Made by a program: the position numbers and the translations under genes
In this document: one piece after another, positions 1 through 10,600 of the stretch
Layout of the letters: every line of letters starts with the position of its first letter
How positions within the stretch are numbered: position 1 is the stretch's first letter
The notes under the pieces: model-generated
The model's database searches: none
What the model was told of the DNA's origin: nothing
Seen by the model: the letters and a program-made list of their open reading frames with translations, nothing else
Source of the DNA: Catajapyx aquilonaris
Lineage: Eukaryota
Assembly: GCA_000934665.2 (NCBI GenBank)
Contig: JYFJ02001088.1
Location: 1-64,000, forward strand
DNA length: 64,000 nucleotides
Direction: 5' to 3'

Positions 1-124
1 GAAGCCGGGTTGGAATGGTGCATGTACATTCAGATACAAAATAACATTCATCAAGTGGGGCACATAGTGAACATGGTCAAATTCGGTCACAATACCATAC
101 AAAGTAGTGAAGTTATGGGCAAGT

Positions 125-1795
125 TCAGTAAAAAAATGATCCACACTCACTGGAGAAGTAGCATTTAAAAAGCAATGTTGTCAATACATAGCTTGATATG
201 AAAAACCTCTCTGACTGGTTATGATTATTGGCACTATGCCGCTTGTTTTTAGCATATACTTTTGTGTGGTTTGATGAGTGTAATGTACCATACCAGGAGG
301 AGGACAAAAGAAGGTCCAGTGTGCTGTTGCATTCTCGGATGCCACTGAAAACCACGTCATCGTTCGCAAGCCATGATCACTAACATCCAATATCATCCTC
401 TCACTCTCCTGCTCTTCGTCATACTTGAACAACATCAGCTCACCACCTTGAATCCTGCCAAACAAGGTGTTGCAATAGACACGCAATATTTGTAATAGAT
501 GTGCAACATATTATCTCATTCAGATTGTACTACCTGATAGAAAATTTCTTCCACTTGTTGTAATCCAGAAGGTTTTCAACAGAACTGTATGGACCCACAC
601 TGGTCTTGGATATGAAGCGTACTCCTTTACTGGTGGAGAAGTGCAGCTGAAGAAGATATTTTGTTAGATTAGTTTAATTTTTATCATGGCGTGGCACAAC
701 AACAATACAGTTTACACACATATTATGAACCACATGACATTACATCTCTTGAAATTAAAAGTTGAGGAATCAGCTATAGTCTACCCTCTACCATATTGCC
801 TGACTTAAATCGGCTTAGTGGTATAAGACCAGGTCGACCAGCATGCCAGTACATATAACCCAGGTTGATTTCCATAAGTTAATTTGGATACTTCTTGTCA
901 AATTTTTTGGCAGGCACTTAATAATAACAGTGGCAAGGAAGAGTACGAATCAGGGAATATAGTGAAAGTAATGATTAAGTCTTAAGTGTTCACTGTACTC
1001 GACAATGCAATAGTGTACATGGTGTTCCAAGTATATTAGTGCTTTTAATTCCAGAAAAATTTAACTCAAAGCTGTTATTTTTTGTGGCTTATTGCACCCT
1101 GATCCAGGTGCCCTATTCTATAGAAACTCGCCTATATATATATTCAACCACCTGTGACTAATGGGGCACCTGGAGAGGGCACAACAAGCTACAGAAAAGC
1201 AACTACTGTATTTAATAAATGGACAATGGATACCCCATGATAGGCCTAGGGCCTCTTAGGCACTTAGGGGATCATCTTTTTCGTGAACCGACTTTAATCA
1301 TTGCCTGCGTGTGATGTATTTTGATTGCAGGTGGAAACTGGCGAACCCAAGAAAACCCACGCGAACACGGAGAGAACCCATCGAAACTCTAACCACATAA
1401 GTATCCTCTGTGCAACCCAGGGATCGAACTCAGGAACTTAAAGGTGGAAGGCTGTAGCGCTAACCACTCTGCCACCATGTCGCTGAAAAGTAACTATATT
1501 TCAGTCTATATTAGGTAGTGATAACTAAAAACAACCAACAAACTTGAAACACATTGGCATATATGGGAGGTCCTGGGATCAAATCCCGGGGCCGGCAACT
1601 CTGATCGTGGTTTCCTGTGGTTTCCCACGGTCCTTCCAGGAAAATTCTGGAGTTGCTTCTGTAATTAATAGGCCACAGCCGCTTCCTTCCGTCCCTATCC
1701 TTCCCCAAAAAGCGCAGTAAAATGAAAGCAAAGAGTTCCAGGCAATACAAAAACTTACCCCCTAAAGAGCTGATAGGCTGATAACAGGGTATGAA

Positions 1796-1839
<44 letters not shown>

Positions 1840-1893
1840 CATTATTATTATCATTATTATTATTATATTATTATTATTATTATTATTATATTA

Positions 1894-1970
<77 letters not shown>

Positions 1971-4627
1971 GTTATGGTAGCCTCCCATATTACAATATTA
2001 TTTTAGTCGTCTGAGATGGGCAGGGGTGGGGTGTGGGACGGAATGTTTATAGGTTTATTTTTAGAAGTTTTAATTTAGTTCATATATTGGGTTAACTTGC
2101 ATCTCGCTTCATCACTGACTATCCTTTATAGGGAAATGTCGTGATGATGATAATGATGATGATTATATTTGGAAAATATGCCTTTTCGATTTGCCATTTC
2201 ATGGATTTCGATGTCAGGCAAATATCAAGTTCGGAAAAGTTAATGTAAGTGAAAACCTCGCCTCATACCAGCATACCACACTTAGACTGGCTTGCTGGTA
2301 TAGCCCAGGTATATCCACCATATCATGCAAATCAAAAAACCTGGTTGACCTCGACTACACTGGCATGCCTCTTGTAAGGTGAAGAATACGGAACTATGAA
2401 AAGGCCAAGCAATTCCTCATATTGTGATGGACCAATTTCCTGAGGATCAATGTTTTTTTATGGATCCAGATGGAAAATGGGAGGGGAAGTTACGAATAAA
2501 TGAACTGAAACCTTCACCTTCCTTTCACCAATGATATTAAATCCATTGCATTGCTGTACCTGAAATGATGGATCATCATCAAAAGGTGAGCTAGTCAAGC
2601 TGATCTGAACTCCGCCTGCAGCCCGGCTATAAAACTCAAGATGATAAGCATCGTCAATAAAGTGAAGGCGGCGGAACCAACCAAACCCTGCTCCCACTGT
2701 CGTATGCACTTCGCATTCTGCAAGCATAAACAAAATTGGGCTCAGCTTGTAGGTCAGAAGGGTCACCAGGTGAGTACTCTGCTCATAACCTCACCTTGGC
2801 AGTTTTCAAAGTGCCACATGAAACCCTTCCCAGACATGGTGTAGTATTGCGGACGAAGCTCCTTCAGGTGCTCAAACCTGGACAGGAAGGGTGTGGAATT
2901 ACCCTGCACCCCGACCTGGACCCCATCATGATGAACTTCAACCCACAGATTGGTCCATTTCCCAGTGTCCATCAATCCAGTGGTCGGCACTACTTCCTTG
3001 CCCTCTCCCAACTGGATGGAACTCTCAGCATTGCCCTTGAGGCCAATCCGCACTTCTGCCCAGGTGTCTTGGGTGGGAATGCGGTAGAATCCAATGACAA
3101 TGTGGCCCCTCTCGTCTGGATTCCAAGGGATGGCACTGAAGACCATCCTTGGCTCATATGGGTGGACGCGCACAAAGTGGTTTTTGGGACTCGCATTGAC
3201 AGTCACAGTCAAACAATCTGAAAAGTCATTGAATTTATTAAGCGACACCGTTTGATAGCAAATATCCCTTGGCGTTGGTTGATTCAACTGAACTCAAGGC
3301 AAGCTAGGAAGAACATCTCGCTTGACATATTGTGAGATTTTCACTAAATTGTTTTCAAGCAACCACACCTTACTGCAATTAAATGTCCATACATTTAGGA
3401 CCAGTTTCTTCGAGCAGGTTAGAAACTAGGTTATAACAGGAATTGACATAGCAACCATTGTTGACAGCAATGAAAAGGAAGGATTTTTCAAGAAGAAGCT
3501 TGGATTTATACTATAACTACTTGGTGAAAGTGGCCCTTAGGGTGGGTTGTAGTAGGCTACCAGTAGTACCAACTAAATTACAGAATAATCTCTACATAGT
3601 AAGCTACGCACTTCCTGGATCGCCACAATATGGCACATCGCATGGTTCAGCCTTTTTTCCAGCAGTGTAGCACCACGGTCCTCCTGGACGCTCATCTGGA
3701 TTGCGGCAGTGGTTTTTGGCTGCTTTCAAGCCATCCTTGTCAGGAAACTGAAGGTCCAAGAGATTCTTGTGTTCAGACCACTTCAAGCAGGCTGACCCTG
3801 ATGCAGACTCAGCAATGCTTCCTGAGTACTCCCAACCTAAGCCAGTCAGGCGACATTCTGTAATCATAATAATTTATTTCTTTACAAATCCGAGGTGCAA
3901 TTTCTACAACATTGGCATGCATGCTATTAGTAGTCAATCAATACTGATTCATAAAAATGGCTTTATTATTGCTGTTAATGTTATACTTATGTATTTTACC
4001 TGAAAATACACATGAGGGAATGTTGCATTGCTCCCTTCCAGACATAGTGAAACACCAGGGTCCATTTCCATCTTTATTGGGATTTCGACAGTTTTCCTGT
4101 GCTTTGTCAATGTTCCCATCTGGCAGACGCATCAGATCCATCTTGAGTGCTTCCTGGAATGATTTGAACACATGTCAAACACCATTACACTCATTTCACC
4201 CACCGCAATGTATTTGAAATGGGTCTAAGACATGATGTGCGAATGATGCCCCTACCTTGTGCAGAAGTCGGGCAATATTCCATGGGATACACTCCACCCC
4301 ATCTTTCGTGAAATTAACATTTCCAGAGTATCCCAATCCTGTTCGGGTTAACTTGCACTTTTGCACATCTGGACTCTCTAGAATTGCACAGTCTCATATG
4401 GTCAATTGCCAAATGACTAAGCTCAATCAAATGTGAGTAAATGGAGGTCATAACAAGGTGGTTTTACTCAAATGCACGTACCTCTCGCAAAGCAAGGAAC
4501 TAGCAATGCCAGCATCAAGAACGAAAGACGATCCTGGCACGCCATTCTCAAAGCTTGTAGAAAGAACCTCTGTTCCATTTGTTGAAGGAAGCAACACTCC
4601 AAGCGTCACTAAATTCAACAGCTGCAT
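125..4627 (-). CDS. Multi-exon gene for a probably secreted protein: signal peptide, 2 kringle domains, 2 Methyltransf_FA (FAMeT)-like domains; 3' end uncertain
   Basis: Hand-assembled GT-AG exons: 4627-4482, ~4373-4256, 4153-4000, 3857-3612, 3217-2795, 2717-2518, 646-534, 454-294 and tentatively 210-125 (about 548 aa). Kringle 1 is CKLTRTGLGYSG...CIPW...NCRNPNKDGNGPWCFT...CNIPSC. Kringle 2 is CRLTGLGWEYSG...CLKW...NHCRNPDERPGGPWCYT...CDVPYC. Two beta-rich domains follow that resemble Methyltransf_FA (EVRIG..GN.ES.I...TTGLM....W.NLWV....G.QVG.QG..TPF). The N-terminus MQLLNLVTLGVLLPSTNG is hydrophobic. The exon 2 acceptor and the last exon are ambiguous: a GTGAGT donor near 150 could continue the gene beyond the window. 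Confidence 0.8.
1079..1198. repeat. Imperfect inverted repeat of about 39 bp (MITE relic)
   Basis: TTTTTGTGGCTTATTGCACCCTGATCCAGGTGCCCTATT pairs with AATGGGGCACCTGGAGAGGGCACAACAAGCTACAGAAAA. Confidence 0.6.
1210..1483 (-). mobile_element. tRNA-derived SINE with a V-domain-like core
   Basis: Minus-strand A box TGGCAGAGTGG (1474-1464) and B box GAGTTCGATCC (1431-1421). These are followed by GTTCTCTCCGTGTTCGCGTGGGTTTTCTTGGGTTCGCCAGTTTCC, which resembles the V-SINE conserved core. It lies in a kringle-gene intron. Confidence 0.75.
1565..1705 (+). mobile_element. 5'-truncated tRNA-derived SINE
   Basis: B-box-like GGGATCAAATCCC followed by CGTGGTTTCC...CCAGG...AGGCCACAGCCGCTTCCTTCC, a body I recognise from arthropod SINEs. 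Confidence 0.6.
1795..1969. repeat. (TTA)n microsatellite
   Basis: About 175 bp of near-pure TTA repeats. Confidence 0.97.
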
Positions 4628-4819
4628 CCTTGGCAACAGAGTTTTCTTCTGTACAGTACATTAGTGCCAACCTATATTTTGTTCTCTCTAACAATAATGA
4701 ATGACTCTCAGGTTGCCTGGCGACTCAATCCGATGGCTCGTTGTGATATCAGGCTACATGTAACTATGAATAAATACTGTCGGGTTAATCTTTTACGCAT
4801 GACAAATGATCCACAAAAA

Positions 4820-7629
4820 AGTCAGTTCAAAAATCTTTTATTTATAGATATTTCCTTTTTTTTACACTGTTTTTTCTTCATTACGGTACTGTACACCTAA
4901 AAACCTGAGTACACAGTAGGCTATAAAATTAACCACACATGATGCATGGTTATATTTTAACAAGTGGAGAGGTATGTAACAGTGACTGAATTATTCAAAT
5001 ATTTATTTGAAAGGGGGGGGAAAAAAATTGTTGGCCATGGTTCCTGCAAGTCGTGTACCCCAGACCTCAACAAACAATAACAATCAACAAACCTCTGACC
5101 ACTAAACACAACCTGTTTCTTTTTTTCTCTCTCTTTATTCTCTCATTCAGCAGCCAGACTTGGACCATGATTTGCAGTAGTTAACATTTTGACTCAACAA
5201 AGGCCCTCATGACGAGACCTTTAGGGCTGTTGATGCCAACAATAATCAATGTTCTTTGAGACTGCTAATTATTATTGGTAACAACAGCCTGCAGATCTGA
5301 CTTTAAAGAACCAGGTCAAAAAATTTCTAACACTAGATTAATTTTGTTTTGTTTTTGCAAAATTCTGCGAGATTTGGAAGACATTTCCATACAACATGCA
5401 AAATTGGTCCCACGTTTTTTTCACACAGCGCTTAAAAGTCATCCAGGCACGAAAAGGGGGAGGTTCGGGTACCTGACATGGACCTTTGGTATCAAGTAAG
5501 TAAATCATACTGTGTAAAATATATTGGAGGTAATTGGTGGATAGGAAAGAAACAAACCTGACGGAACTATTGTGTGTGGAACTAGAGTGATTCACCACCC
5601 CCTTTCGGCCTGTTTTCACTCACTTAGACTTTGTGCAGTCACACCTGACAACCTTGTTACATAAAACTTCTGCTGCTTTGTGACACATCACACATACGAC
5701 ATTTTGACTTTTTAAAATCATACACTCTTCAATACAAGCTCACACTATATTCGCCCCAAGTCTTTCGTTGCTTTCAGTAACAACTACAAACTATTATCAA
5801 CACAGCTCAAACGTGGTTTCTCAGTCTCAAACAAATGCTCGCATTTCAAAAAAAAAAAAAAAAACCTATTTTAGGTGCTCTCGCTTAAGTCGACCACTTG
5901 TTTGCATTTAGTTTCAGTATTCCTGCTCGGTGGCGGTGCACAGACTTACATTCTGTCATCGTCGTGTCAGTTATTATGTAAAAAATAATAAAAAATTCCT
6001 GCTTCGCCAGCAGGCTGCATTAGAAAAGCACTCACATATGCAGAAGGATGTGCAATACAAAACACTCACATACTTCTATGGCCTGCTCACACACTGTGCA
6101 AAATATAATTTCATTTAAAAATGAGGACAACTGAAAAGTATCTGTGTAAAAAATGACAGTTTCATTCTTGCTATGCCCTCTAAATAACAGTCTCCTTTCG
6201 TAAAGTCAGGTGCTGAGTAAATGGGACATCTTGGGAGTGCACTGAGTTCCTCCCAAGTGCAGATTTTGTACAAGGCAGTCGTACTGGTAGTTTTCAGAGG
6301 GTTATGCTGTTCGCTAATGGCCAGACTAATGAGCTACTGCATCATCCATAATTTTTTTTTACCACAATTGAATGTTGTATTGCATGCATTGAGACTCAGG
6401 GAAACCATATACATTGTTTCCCCACACCAACTTCTGTTGTGCACATAATTTAACTAGACACAAGACAGGACAGCAGCGACAGAGCAAAACAAAATTAGCT
6501 GTTGCAGAGTCCTGTACTCATGCCACCTCCCAAATAAGCGTTTTTTGGCTTTCGCGTATCCACTGGTGCGACACTCGTTCCCCTAAGAAAATATTCCTTA
6601 CAATTATTATACACGTGCACAGTCAAGATCCAGTCAATATTGACAGTCACCGACCACTCAATTCCGTTTCTCATGCATGGCCCTTACATTTAGGGAGGAA
6701 TTGAAATTTCTATGTAGCATCCAGTGCTACAATCGAGAAATGACAAGGATAATGTAATGAAAGTACTTTTTGCATTTTGGTTCTTTTGTTAGTAATGGTG
6801 AATCTCTGCACGATACTATGTGCACCTTCCAGCACCTCTCCTGATGACTATATACACATGACTTTTGTTATGACTATCGCAAATAATAGATCTCGGGTAC
6901 ATCAAAACTATTCATAGAAGCGTATGGTATTGCCTTCCCCTTTAATATTTTTTTTTCTTCTCTCGAAACGTTTAAAAATTCCCTACAGAGGGGCAAAGAT
7001 ATCATGCACAATTTCAAGATATTAAACACTGTAATAATAAGCATCAAAAATCCACAAAAATGGCAATATGTGCGAAATTATATAATTTTTTGTGTTTTTC
7101 TTGTATTTAAAAAAAACCGAAAGGATAGTAGAAAGTATGAATGAAAATTTTACACAAAACGATTCCAAACATGTCAATAAATCTTGCACTTTCCTCCAAC
7201 TTTTCAAAACTGCCAATGGGATTCACCACCTCTTGCTCGTAATAGTCTACTAACAGTCTTGCAGATTCTTCGCAGAAGAAACAATTCCTTGTGCACCTTG
7301 ATGTTTTGCCCACTGTCCTCTTGCATTCGTAAGTTGCAAATAATTTCAGTCAAAATCACACTCCGGCTCATCTTCAATTTCTTTTTAATTTATATTTTAA
7401 AAACCCTAAAACACCTACCGCGATAAGTCTCCCATTGCACATGACGAATAGTATCGATGCAGTCCTCGACCTATCCTTCACCCGCCCAACCCGTTTACCT
7501 TCTCACAATACATACAAATTCACATATTCTCATACTTTCGCTATGTACACACTCAGCACAAAAAAAATATATATAATTAACACAATCATCGGCATAACTG
7601 TGTTGTAATTTTTAAAAACCCTGTCCATT
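4820..7629 (-). other. Probable long cyclin D 3'UTR (up to about 2.8 kb)
   Basis: AT/U-rich and non-coding downstream of the stop codon. Minus-strand AATAAA signals lie at 5134-5139, 5002-5007 and 4837-4842, the last followed by U/GU-rich sequence. ATTAAA variants lie near 6941 and 7384. Confidence 0.5.
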
Positions 7630-10600
7630 TCAGAAGTGAATATCCCGCACATCCGTCGGGGTTTCCGCCTTTTCATGTTCGGTCAGCTTGCCTCTGGGTT
7701 GCACCGAGGGTCTGTGATCCGCATGTGATGATGGTGGTGCAGGTTCATTGATGCTGGTGCTCACTACCATCACCATCTCCTCAATCTGCTCCAGGCAATT
7801 TCTCAAGCAATCCTGCAATACAGAAAAAAGGGGCCATCAGCATAGCACACACATGATTACACCCTACATTCTACCATTGAGCAACACAGGCCAACACATT
7901 ACATTGCCATTTCCTGAGTCAACCCCATGAAGTTAGGGGAGGTCTCTCCCTTCTCAGAAAATGGAAGGCAGCTCATTCATTCTCCATTACCGACAAACGA
8001 CCCTTCTTTTTTTCACCCCCTCTTCTTCTCCTTCCCCCCACTCCAGCAGCAACCAAGGAAAGAAACAGAGGTTCAAGCAGAAACACCAAGAGCAGCATCA
8101 GGTTTCCTCCCAAGAAATCTCGCCAATCCGATGTCTAAACAAGCCCACCCAAAATGCTTTGCTTCGGACCTAAAAAAATACTGTCGCCCCAATTTGTCAC
8201 ATTGGCCACTTGTAGCAGTACTTGGATTTTTTTTTTGTGGATGAAACAAGCCAGTCTTCCGGTGCAAATGGTTTCCATCATTACTTCGGCACCCTATAAA
8301 CGGCAAAACCTCGTGGCCCAGGACAGGGTCGGGCCCATGACCGCACGCGTCGTGGGAAAATTCCGCTCCAAACTATGCGGCGGCTTAGAATTCCTCGACC
8401 CACATTTAGGACCAGTCCGCCCACCTTCTCTATATACCCGGCAGCAAGACCAGATTTTTGCCTTTGCCAAAAAAAAAAAAAAATCCGCAACAAAATTCCG
8501 CCCACAACCCGGCAGTAATCTACCAAGCGACTGGCCATCCGGCTGATTACCCACCCTCCAAATCGGTCATTCCGCACACTTCCTCCAGTACCGAAATAGC
8601 TCGGGTCAAATCCGGCCCCGTTTGACAGAAATGACCTGGAAATTTACACCTGACCAATAGCAGGCTCTAGAAGCTACGATTGGCCAATTCCATAGCACCC
8701 CACCTTGCCAGCAGCCAGATGATTGGTCAGAGCCACCAATAGCCACCCATGATTGGCCAGAGCCACTAACAGCCAACTGTGATTGGCCAGATCCGACATA
8801 GCCAGCTGCGATTGGCCAGATTCACCAACAGCCAGCTATGATTGGCCAGTTCGTGCCTTGTGACCGTGTACCGCTAACGAAGAGCTGGGTGGGTATTCTC
8901 GGATCAGAAGAAAGGGCCTTCAGGAGGTCGACTTTTCGTGTCCCGCGCGCCGCTCCTAATTACAAACTCCAGACCAGGTAATCCTCTGTCGCCTTGGGCA
9001 GCCACGGACATACTTGATAAGAAGGCGAAGAAGGCAGAGAGAGAGAGAGAGAGAGAAAGAGAAAAAAAAAAACGAAGAAGGCAGCAGGGTGGGTGGTTCA
9101 GTCTAGGGAGGGGTCTGGTGGTGGTGGTGGTGGGAGAGGAAAAAGGTAATGTATAAACCACCTTACCGCCACTCCAGGACCCCAAAGATTCGTTCTCACA
9201 CTCGCAACCAAGGTTACCTGGATGGAATGTCGTCCTTGCAAAAGAGGTGCCTTCTATGTACTCATGCCCGCCCTCCTCTGGTTCAAGGAGGGGGTGGTAA
9301 GCTGGGTGTGAGTCAATGCAAAAAAAAAAAAGCCCATCCTATTCCGAGAGCAAAATTTGCATTCGGGCGGAGTTTCATTTATTCGCATCCCGCGTTTTAC
9401 AGCTTCCTTCTTTAAGTCAAGCGCCACACACAAATGACTTGCAGACCTTCCCCCTCAAAAAAAAAAAAAATGTGAATCACGATTTGTGGTCTGATGTAAA
9501 ACCACAATTTGGTTGTTCCCAGCCGCATTTTGCCAAATCAGTCCGTCGCGCACACATGCAGACAAAGAAGAAAGGGTCACCCGCTAGACCTACTTTCACC
9601 TGCTGAACAAATCCCTCAAGTGCCTCTTTTGACATGGAAGGTGAAGTAAAGGTGATTCAGACTAAGAAGAAAGAAAAGAAAGAAAAAAAAGAAGCTGAGC
9701 AACCTGATCGTGCCTTTTTCCTTCGCCTTGTTCCATTGAGGAGGATGCAGGACGGAAAAGAGCAGACTCGAATTCGACGCCGGCATGGGCCAACCCTCCA
9801 CCCCAAAAAGTATTTCCAACATAGCTTTCCCAGGGTTGGGCCCAACTCGGGTAGGGTTTCCGTATGCTGACTTCCTTTCCTGTCCACCATCTTATAAAAA
9901 TAAGTTACAAAAATCTACCAATAAGTGCGAAAAAATAATCCCGGATGTTCCATGCATTCCGATACATGTCCTTGAAAGAATTTAGCCTGGAGGGGGCCAA
10001 TGCTTTCCCACGATGAAAGGTGGGGCTGGCAATTCAGGTATAAGAAAAAAATGGGTGTGGACCCATCTGATTTTACCAGCATATTTCCAATTCACGCAGC
10101 ATCATCCTTGACTTATAATAGCCCCTTCAAGTTTTTTGTGTCTGCCCTCCCCCCCTAGTAGACCAAGGTCGCTCATTCAAACTGGCTAGAGGTCAGCCAC
10201 CACTCACACACACATACAAAAAAAAGTGTTACTTACGCTCTCGATGTTGGTGATTTTGGTCAACCTGTCCAGTAGGTCTGCTAAGGAGTGAGGTCCTACG
10301 CCCCAGCCTAAACCCTGGATGGCTGCCCCTATGCTGGCTGCGGCGATCATACTCGGCGGGTACATCGAGAACTTGTAGTCTGAAAAGGTAAGATGGACCC
10401 CACTTACAATATCCGAATACCAGGTATCTTCCTTCAAACGTCCTTTCGTGCATGCCGTGAGTTTACCGGATCGTTTGATTACGCCAAGGCCAAGCACCGC
10501 AGGGTGTTCAAATTGACCAGGTTCACGCCAAGAAAACTCCGGAGGAAAACATCGTGAGGACTGGGCGGGCCGTTTCAGGGAGCACCGATGGGAGGAGCGG

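Noticed and set aside
138..149. GATCCACACTCA matching the 3' part of miR-279
   Set aside because: The seed is absent and there is no hairpin; a chance match.
1791..2006. Poly-Leu/Tyr 71-aa ORF (also the poly-Ile ORF at 15630-16079)
   Set aside because: These are translations of TTA/ATT microsatellites.
2018..2037. G-quadruplex-capable tracts (also about 22687-22713, 30116-30143 and 46897-46912)
   Set aside because: G/C runs are common throughout this window, so none stands out without data.
8678..8850. Periodic repeat considered as a CRISPR array or coding repeat
   Set aside because: Eukaryotic intron with no unique spacers or cas genes, and the 29-bp unit breaks the reading frame.
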